Source of the DNA: an uncultured archaeon
Lineage (GTDB): Archaea > Asgardarchaeota > Lokiarchaeia > Sigyniarchaeales > SOKP01
Assembly: GCA_964388035.1 (NCBI GenBank)
Contig: CAYLZE010000043.1
Coordinates: 25,038 to 37,883, forward strand
Length of the DNA: 12,846 nt
Direction of reading: 5' to 3'
Position numbers and translations under genes: made by a program. The notes under the pieces are model-generated. The model searched no databases. It was not told the origin of the DNA and worked only from the letters and a program-made list of their open reading frames with translations. The first letter of the stretch is position 1. Each line of letters opens with the position of its first letter. This document shows positions 6,619 to 12,846 of this stretch, one piece after another.

Positions 6619-7953
6619 ATGCCAGAAGATTATGAAAAAAAGAAGAATGAATGGGAATGCTTGCAAATTACTAACGATGGACGAAATGTCTTTAATATGA
6701 GAACCGGAGAAGAAATCAAGTATAAGAATGAAGAAAAGATTGCAGGAGTGTTACCAAAAAGTTATCAGTATCCTGTGTTCCCGGGAGATGTGGGAGAGAA
6801 AAGTGCAGATTGGGTAATCGATTCTTTAATTTCACTGAACAAGATATATCCCAGTAAATTTTTCGTCCTCTTATTTGCAGATGCCATGTTTATCGCTAAC
6901 CATGAGTACGATCCTGAAAGAAAGATGTATGAGAGAGCGATCAGGAATACCTTTGATCAAATAATTCGGTTGGATCAATATTGGAAAGAAACCTACAACC
7001 AAGATTTAAGAATGTTAATATTAAGCACGGGAGGGGTTGTAAATTTTAAAGGTTACATTGATCTTTTTGATCTGATAGAAAAGTTTCCGGAGTATACTTT
7101 TATGTCTTTTTGGGGGCATGCTGGAGTATTTCTTAAAGACTTCCACGGATACAATTACACTGCGACCAAAGAACCGATAATAAAATTAGGGGAAAGAAAA
7201 CCAAAATTACGATCAGATTTTTCGGATAAGGAATTAAGGTTCTTAAAGCTTCTAGAAAATAGCAATTACTTCGAAAAGGTGGTTGTAGTTTCGGATTTAA
7301 TTAAAGAAAGTGATACTCCTTCTTTTGAATTTCTCTCATATGCTCCCGATATTATATGTACCGCAGAACAGGGAAAACATTTTATCGTCCCTTCCGGAGA
7401 GTCACGTAAACTATATCGCGTTCTCGATTATTCTAAAACGATTGGATATAAAGTAGTAAATGATTGGAACATGAAAATTCCCTTAAACCATATTACGGAT
7501 ATTTTTCCTTCCACGATTTTAAATGTTCAGGAAGGACCTACGGCTCTAATTATTATCGAAGGGGCAGGTTCACAACAAATTCCGGATCGACATGGTACCA
7601 TAGAAACCACTTGGGGAAATCTACCTTATGGTGCTGATCATAATTTCCTCTTTTCGGTATCAACAGGAAAATCTGCCTTTCATTCACCCTTTCCTTATGG
7701 GACATCTCCTTCGGCAACGCGATCTCATTATTATCCTTATAGTTGGGGGAGAGAACCAGTAATGGATGGAATTGGTTCTCTTTATCTCATAAAAGAGAAA
7801 AAAATCCGTTCCATTGCGGCAGGATCTCGTTCAATGTGGCCGCACATGTTTCTAGGGGGAGATATTTGCATCGAACCTTGGGCTCGAAATAGGACGGAGA
7901 ATGGTTTCACTTTCGTTTTGAATAAAACTCAAATAATGCAAAAACAACAATAG
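6619..7953 (+). CDS. Divergent, apparently circularly permuted alkaline-phosphatase-superfamily (PhnA/nucleotide pyrophosphatase-like) protein
   Basis: Residues ~64-303 (track numbering) resemble the C-terminal half of the AlkP core, and residues ~309-412 resemble the N-terminal half (see findings). ATG at 6619 (the track used TTG 6613). The CDS itself is clearly real; the fold call is manual motif recognition. Confidence 0.6.
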   Translation: MPEDYEKKKNEWECLQITNDGRNVFNMRTGEEIKYKNEEKIAGVLPKSYQYPVFPGDVGEKSADWVIDSLISLNKIYPSKFFVLLFADAMFIANHEYDPERKMYERAIRNTFDQIIRLDQYWKETYNQDLRMLILSTGGVVNFKGYIDLFDLIEKFPEYTFMSFWGHAGVFLKDFHGYNYTATKEPIIKLGERKPKLRSDFSDKELRFLKLLENSNYFEKVVVVSDLIKESDTPSFEFLSYAPDIICTAEQGKHFIVPSGESRKLYRVLDYSKTIGYKVVNDWNMKIPLNHITDIFPSTILNVQEGPTALIIIEGAGSQQIPDRHGTIETTWGNLPYGADHNFLFSVSTGKSAFHSPFPYGTSPSATRSHYYPYSWGREPVMDGIGSLYLIKEKKIRSIAAGSRSMWPHMFLGGDICIEPWARNRTENGFTFVLNKTQIMQKQQ

Positions 7954-7976
7954 AGTTAATTTTTAAAATTTTCTTT

Positions 7977-7989
7977 AAAAACTTATTAA
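7977..7989 (+). promoter_or_regulatory. Candidate BRE/TATA for the membrane protein gene
   Basis: AAAAACTTATTAA ~40 nt upstream of ATG 8031; resembles AAACTTATAT at 2973. Confidence 0.3.
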
Positions 7990-8030
7990 CATAAAAATTC
8001 TTAATTATGCTTTAGTATTATTAATCCTTG

Positions 8031-8498
8031 ATGCAGACTTCATCAGAATACAATAAAATAGAATATAAAAAGATCGACTTATCAGTAGTTTTAATGGCAA
8101 ATGTAATAAATATCTTAATGACCTTCTTATTTATTTTCAGAATCTCTCATCTGAATCAATTAGAACATGGCTTTGGTATCATTACGATAATAATGGGTTT
8201 TATCCTCGGCATTATAGCCATATATAATAAATTTAATGGAAGAGAGAAATGGGAAGTGCTACTTCTTCTTCCGGTCTTCATATTTTTCGTTGTAGAACTA
8301 ATTTTAGATTATATTTTGGTAGTAAATTTCCGTGAAACTGCATTTGTTGGACTTTATATTCTTCTTTATTACGTTGGATTATGGGGTCTCATAGGATATG
8401 CGTTTAGATTTGAAAAAAAATGGGGTTTCATTACTCTTATTACTTACTTTTTTAACATGACTTTCTCAATTTTGCCTTATATTCTTATTATCTCTTAA
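8031..8498 (+). CDS. Hypothetical integral membrane protein (~5 TM helices)
   Basis: Five hydrophobic segments: LSVVLMANVINILMTFLFIF, FGIITIIMGFILGIIAIY, VLLLLPVFIFFVVELILDYILVV, AFVGLYILLYYVGLWGLIGYAF and WGFITLITYFFNMTFSILPYILII. ATG at 8031. Confidence 0.75.
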   Translation: MQTSSEYNKIEYKKIDLSVVLMANVINILMTFLFIFRISHLNQLEHGFGIITIIMGFILGIIAIYNKFNGREKWEVLLLLPVFIFFVVELILDYILVVNFRETAFVGLYILLYYVGLWGLIGYAFRFEKKWGFITLITYFFNMTFSILPYILIIS

Positions 8499-8582
8499 GA
8501 ATTTAAGGTAAACAAATTGATTTAAATATCAATGCATTATTATAATGATTTAAAAAGCAAGATTAACCACGACGTAAAAAAA

Positions 8583-9374
8583 ATGCCTATTTTTGATAAT
8601 AAAGGAATTAAAATATATTATGAAATCATCGGAGAAGGACCCGATTTATTTTTAGTCCATGGGTTTGCCTCTAACTTGGAAAATAACTGGAAATCGACAA
8701 ATTGGGTTAAAACCTTGAAAGATTCCAACCGATTAATCTTGATAGATAATCGAGGTCATGGAAAAAGTGGAAAGCCTCTAGATTCTAACCTTTATGGTGC
8801 TAACATGGTTACTGATATTTTAGGATTAATGGATCATTTATCCATCAAGCAATCCAATTTTTTCGGCTATTCGATGGGTTCTAGTTTAACATTAAGCATC
8901 ATCATAAATTATCCTGAGAAAGTCAAGGGCGCTATTCTTGGAGGGTACACCATACCGATGACGGAAAATACACAAACTAAAATGTTCCATTCTCTAATTG
9001 TTGATGCCCTTAAAGTAGAAAATAAGGATATGGTCAAGAATCCGGTCGCAAAACAATTTCGGGTTTTTGCAGAGTCTACAGGAGAAAACTTGGCAGCCTT
9101 AGCCGCTGTAATGGAAAGCATGGGAAATGTGAATGAACCAAAATTGAGTAATGAAGCTCAAATTAAGAAAACTTTGAAGAATATTAAGATTCCCATCCTC
9201 TCGGTTTGTGGTTCAGATGATGTTCTCCTCCAAAACAAGACAATGTATGCAGAATTAGTTCCGGGAGCTTGTCATTTTCAAATTCAAGGCAAAGATCATT
9301 TGACTGTAGTGGCTGATGCCAAATTTCATTTGGTAGTCAAAGAATTTTTAAAATATATTAATAAAAGTTCCTGA
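8583..9374 (+). CDS. Alpha/beta-fold hydrolase
   Basis: LVHGF oxyanion motif, DNRGHGKS, GYSMG nucleophile elbow, GSDD acid and KDH His. The likely start is MPIFDNKGIKIYYE at 8583 (the track starts at 8532). Confidence 0.88.
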   Translation: MPIFDNKGIKIYYEIIGEGPDLFLVHGFASNLENNWKSTNWVKTLKDSNRLILIDNRGHGKSGKPLDSNLYGANMVTDILGLMDHLSIKQSNFFGYSMGSSLTLSIIINYPEKVKGAILGGYTIPMTENTQTKMFHSLIVDALKVENKDMVKNPVAKQFRVFAESTGENLAALAAVMESMGNVNEPKLSNEAQIKKTLKNIKIPILSVCGSDDVLLQNKTMYAELVPGACHFQIQGKDHLTVVADAKFHLVVKEFLKYINKSS

Positions 9375-9382
9375 GAATACCC

Positions 9383-10615
9383 ATGAAAATCGATGATAAT
9401 CTAAATCATGATGCAGAAAATAATGTTAGCTCTGTAAATATCCTAAATCAGCAAGGAGTTGTTTTCGGAAATCCACTCAAGGATGTATATACAGGAATTC
9501 AGATGATATCCGGATGTGCATGGATAAATACAACAGAAGGTATAGTCTTAATCGATACTTTAACCACAAAAGATGCTGCAAAAAAGGTTCTGGAAAAGAT
9601 TGATGGAAAAATCAAGTACATAATTTATACTCATGGGCATAATGACCACGTGGGAGGATCTAAGGTCTTTCTTTCTCATCAACCTGAAATAATTGCAAGC
9701 AAATATCTTCCAGATAGAATAGAAAAATATAAAATGCTCGCTCCTTATAATGCACGTATTTTATCCCAACAATTTAACATGCCTGAAAAAATGCGCGAAT
9801 ATGATTATGCAATGCCCACGAAAACCTTTTTAGGTGAAATGAGTTTTAAATTGGGAGATAAAACGTTCGAGTTATATACTGAACGTGCTGAAACCGATGA
9901 CGCTTGTTGGATCTATATCCCTGAAATTGAAGCGGCATTTATTGGAGATTTATTGATCGGAAGTTTTCCAAATATTGGCAATCCCTGGAAACCCACCCGA
10001 TTTGCCTTGGATTGGGCTAAGGCCTTGGAAAGAATTAGAGCAAAAGACCCGAAATACGTTTTTTATAGCGGGGGAGGTAATTATTATAAGGGAAAAAAAG
10101 CATTAAAAGCTTTAGAAGAAACAAGTGAGGCCATTCGAATATTACACGATCAGGTCATGGACTTGATTAATAAAGATGTTCATGTTACCGAAATGATTCA
10201 CCAAGTTAAGCTTCCCGATTATCTGGAAAAAAGTCCCTATTTACGACAAAGGTATTCTAGGCCAGAATTTTTCGTTTTTAACGTGTATCGATGGTATCAT
10301 GGATATTTTGATGGAAATCCTGCTCATTTACTTCCCAGACCAGAGAAAGAAGTAATGGAGGAAGTCTATAATCTCATAGGAGATCCCGTAAAAGTGTTAA
10401 GTAGAGTAAAAGCATTAGGGGAAGAAGGGAAAAATCAACTCGCCCTTCAAGTATTAGATGTGTTAATTCAAGCCGCACCTACCCATTTAGAAGCCAGGAG
10501 AATAAGGATTGAACTATTAGAAAAATTGGGAGCCGAAGATTATTGCCTAATGTCAAGGAATGCCTGGCATTACTTCATAAAGCGTGATAGTAAGTATATT
10601 CAAGATCATTCCTAA
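9383..10615 (+). CDS. Alkyl sulfatase (SdsA/BDS1)-like metallo-beta-lactamase-fold hydrolase with dimerization domain
   Basis: THGHNDH, AETDD, GDL, FPNIGNPWK..R, and the dimerization-domain motif YRWYHGYFDGNPAHLLP. No signal peptide and no SCP2 domain. It starts 8 nt after the hydrolase gene. Confidence 0.8.
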   Translation: MKIDDNLNHDAENNVSSVNILNQQGVVFGNPLKDVYTGIQMISGCAWINTTEGIVLIDTLTTKDAAKKVLEKIDGKIKYIIYTHGHNDHVGGSKVFLSHQPEIIASKYLPDRIEKYKMLAPYNARILSQQFNMPEKMREYDYAMPTKTFLGEMSFKLGDKTFELYTERAETDDACWIYIPEIEAAFIGDLLIGSFPNIGNPWKPTRFALDWAKALERIRAKDPKYVFYSGGGNYYKGKKALKALEETSEAIRILHDQVMDLINKDVHVTEMIHQVKLPDYLEKSPYLRQRYSRPEFFVFNVYRWYHGYFDGNPAHLLPRPEKEVMEEVYNLIGDPVKVLSRVKALGEEGKNQLALQVLDVLIQAAPTHLEARRIRIELLEKLGAEDYCLMSRNAWHYFIKRDSKYIQDHS

Positions 10616-10711
10616 TGAATAATTCTTCATTAATAATTAAGATTAAAATGAATAGGACATACTCCCATTTTAAAGAATTAATACATAACTACAGTAATTT
10701 AATATTTTAAA

Positions 10712-12034
10712 ATGATGAATTGTTTGATTGTTGGACATGGGGCAAGAGAACATGTTATTGGAGAATCATTAGTGAACAGCGGTGCTAAACTATATGCATT
10801 GATGAGCTTTAAAAATGCAGGGTTAGAAGATTTAAGTCAAGGAAGGATTAAAATTCATTCCGAGACCGATTTTAAGGAAATTATCAATTTTTGCAAGGAG
10901 AAAAAGATAGATTTTGTAGTAATTGGTCCTGAAGCCCCCCTCTGCGTGGGGATTGTCGATGCATTGGAGCGAAGCAAAATTCCTTGTGTCGGACCTAAAA
11001 TAGAGGCTGCCCAGATCGAAGGATCCAAGGTATTCATGAGAGAGATTTTAACCAAATATAATATTACTTCCAATATCAAAAGCAAGATGTTCAATTCCAT
11101 GAACATGGTCGAGGATTACATTGATGAAGTCGGTGAAGAAAAAATTGTTGTAAAACCCGAAGGTCTCACGGGTGGTAAAGGTGTTAAAGTATATGGAGAT
11201 CATTTATTTTCTAAAGCAGAAATAATTAACTATTGTAAGGAATTAATAAGTCAAAATAGCAGATTTTTATTAGAAGAAAAGTTAGATGGGGAAGAATTCA
11301 CACTACAGACATTTGTAGATGGAAAAAACGTAGTCAAAACACCCTTAGTACAAGATCATAAAAGAGCCTATGAGAATGACGAGGGTCCCAATACGGGTGG
11401 CATGGGATCCTATTCAATGGAAAATCATCTCATGCCCTTCATTAATGCAAACGATGTAGATTTGGCCATTGAAGACATAAAAAAAGTAGTCGCGGCTATA
11501 GAGAAACAAACAAAAACTAAATATAAAGGGTTTCTATATGGACAATTCATGAAAACCTCAGAAGGAATAAAATTGATCGAATTCAATGCCCGGTTAGGAG
11601 ACCCGGAAGCAATGAACATCTTACCACTATTAAAAACGAATTTCGTGGATATTTGTTGGGGAATCATGAATGAAAATTTAACTTCTAATATTCAATTCGA
11701 AAACCAGGCTACCGTATGTAAGTATCTTGCTCCGGAAGGGTATCCCGAATCCCCTAAAAAAGATCAGAAAGTCATTATTGATCATGATAAAATCAAGGCG
11801 TTAGGAGCCAAATATTATTATGCATCCGTATATCGAGAAGGAACTGAGATATATACTACCACCTCACGTGCAGTGGGCGTATTAGGAATCGCCAATACGC
11901 TCGAAAAAGCAGAACATGTGGCCGAAGAGGGTGTTAAATGCATTAAAGGAAATCTCTTCCATCGAAAAGATGTGGGTACTCGTCAACTTTTAGAAAAAAG
12001 AATCAAGCACATGAAGGATTTATTAGATAAATGA
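10712..12034 (+). CDS. purD: Phosphoribosylamine--glycine ligase (GAR synthetase), archaeal type
   Basis: GHGAREH, VIGPEAPL, EGSK.F, VVKPEGLTGGKGV, GEEFT, QDHKRAYENDEGPNTGGMGSY, EFNARLGDPE and HRKDVG. Confidence 0.97.
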   Translation: MMNCLIVGHGAREHVIGESLVNSGAKLYALMSFKNAGLEDLSQGRIKIHSETDFKEIINFCKEKKIDFVVIGPEAPLCVGIVDALERSKIPCVGPKIEAAQIEGSKVFMREILTKYNITSNIKSKMFNSMNMVEDYIDEVGEEKIVVKPEGLTGGKGVKVYGDHLFSKAEIINYCKELISQNSRFLLEEKLDGEEFTLQTFVDGKNVVKTPLVQDHKRAYENDEGPNTGGMGSYSMENHLMPFINANDVDLAIEDIKKVVAAIEKQTKTKYKGFLYGQFMKTSEGIKLIEFNARLGDPEAMNILPLLKTNFVDICWGIMNENLTSNIQFENQATVCKYLAPEGYPESPKKDQKVIIDHDKIKALGAKYYYASVYREGTEIYTTTSRAVGVLGIANTLEKAEHVAEEGVKCIKGNLFHRKDVGTRQLLEKRIKHMKDLLDK

Positions 12035-12116
12035 TAAAAAAGTATCTTTCCTTCCTCTTAATTTATTATATTTTATAATAAAAAGTGTTTAAAGGAAATA
12101 ATCTGATTTTCTCATA

Positions 12117-12626
12117 ATGTATTATCATAAACAGCAAAACGAGCTTCTAAATAATCTCATCCGACAGTTATTTCATGAAGAAGATTGGGCAGATCGAGCA
12201 GAGGCAGCAAGGCAATTAGGTTTTCTCAAGGATGGAAGAGCCACGAACATGCTATGCCGTGCTTTAAACTCGGAAAAGGATCCCAATGTGATAAATCGAA
12301 TCATTGAGGCAATGGGTAATATCGGGGATTGCAAAGCGACACTGAAAATCATTGACAAATTGCGAGAGGAATCTGAAAAAGAAATAGTCAATAAATATTT
12401 CATTATTAATGCTATTGAAAGTCTTAAAAAATTACAAGATAAAAGAGCTCTGATTTATATCGGCCCCTTCTTAAATTCTAAAGATCCAGAGCTAAGGAAT
12501 GCTGCTGAAAGTGCATTTGATGTGATAGAACCTTCGGGATTAACCGCGTGCCCCTATTGCCAAACTAAAATTGATGCCGATTCAAAATTTTGTAAAGAAT
12601 GTGGTAAAAAGTTACATTTTTCTTAA
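12117..12626 (+). CDS. HEAT-repeat (PBS lyase-like) protein with C-terminal zinc ribbon
   Basis: Repeats RAEAARQLG, RIIEAMGNIG, NAIESLKKL and RNAAESAF, followed by CPYC-x10-CKEC. Confidence 0.82.
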   Translation: MYYHKQQNELLNNLIRQLFHEEDWADRAEAARQLGFLKDGRATNMLCRALNSEKDPNVINRIIEAMGNIGDCKATLKIIDKLREESEKEIVNKYFIINAIESLKKLQDKRALIYIGPFLNSKDPELRNAAESAFDVIEPSGLTACPYCQTKIDADSKFCKECGKKLHFS

Positions 12627-12656
12627 CATCTAATCGTAAGTATTTAAAATTAAAAA

Positions 12657-12846
12657 TTAATAAGAAATTGTGACTAATTCATTCCCACGTACGGCATAAT
12701 TCTTATCGACATAAACTAACACCGCATGACCGGAATGAATATATACTAAGGGAATGGTTGGTTTAGAATAGTTTTCGATTAAGGATTTCTTAAGTATAAT
12801 CTTCAGAGTTTTTTTGCATCCATTGCATCGGATTAATGCGGTTCTA
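12657..12846 (-). CDS. 3' end of a gene entering from the right edge, ending in a CxxC...HxxH putative zinc-binding module
   Basis: Not in the track. The frame is open from the edge: RTALIRCNGCKKTLKIILKKSLIENYSKPTIPLVYIHSGHAVLVYVDKNYAVRGNELVTISY*, with TAA at 12657-12659. Confidence 0.7.
   Translation of the reverse strand, partial: RTALIRCNGCKKTLKIILKKSLIENYSKPTIPLVYIHSGHAVLVYVDKNYAVRGNELVTISY

Noticed and set aside
1176-12034. Genome-wide TGA reassignment (suggested by the GNAT TGA)
   Set aside because: TGA terminates the D-aminoacylase, hydrolase and purD genes at their expected ends. No other long gene has an internal TGA, and Trp is encoded by TGG.
8909-12403. Minus-strand ORFs 8909..9121, 10855..11106, 11425..11667 and 12173..12403
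   Set aside because: Antisense shadows inside well-supported genes.
1-12846. CRISPR array, tRNA/rRNA, transposase or integrase
   Set aside because: No regularly spaced repeats, GC-rich structural RNA segments or recombinase motifs were seen.

Overview
AT-rich archaeal-looking chromosomal window. The archaeal-type PurD, TATA-like boxes, a GTGAT-type SD fragment and a CxxC...HxxH...DxNxxVRG module suggest Asgard/Lokiarchaeia; this is an inference and has not been verified. It holds mostly accessory catabolic genes: a partial putative wHTH/Fe-S protein, an orphan Imm5-like protein, an N-acyl-D-amino-acid deacylase, a corrinoid protein plus a URO-D-fold methyltransferase, a GNAT, a 5-TM protein, an alpha/beta hydrolase, an alkyl-sulfatase-like MBL, purD and a HEAT/zinc-ribbon protein. 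The main observations beyond the ORF track are: (1) the 446-aa 'hypothetical' ORF appears to be a circularly permuted alkaline-phosphatase-superfamily (PhnA/NPP-like) protein with remodelled catalytic ligands; (2) an unannotated 52-aa gene is translationally coupled (TAATG) to the corrinoid/methyltransferase pair, whose methyltransferase lacks the canonical HxC...C zinc site; (3) the GNAT gene reads through an in-frame TGA into a 30-aa family-typical C-terminus; (4) there is a hidden 53-aa coiled-coil ORF and a ~100-nt intergenic hairpin. No rRNA, tRNA, CRISPR array or transposase was seen.
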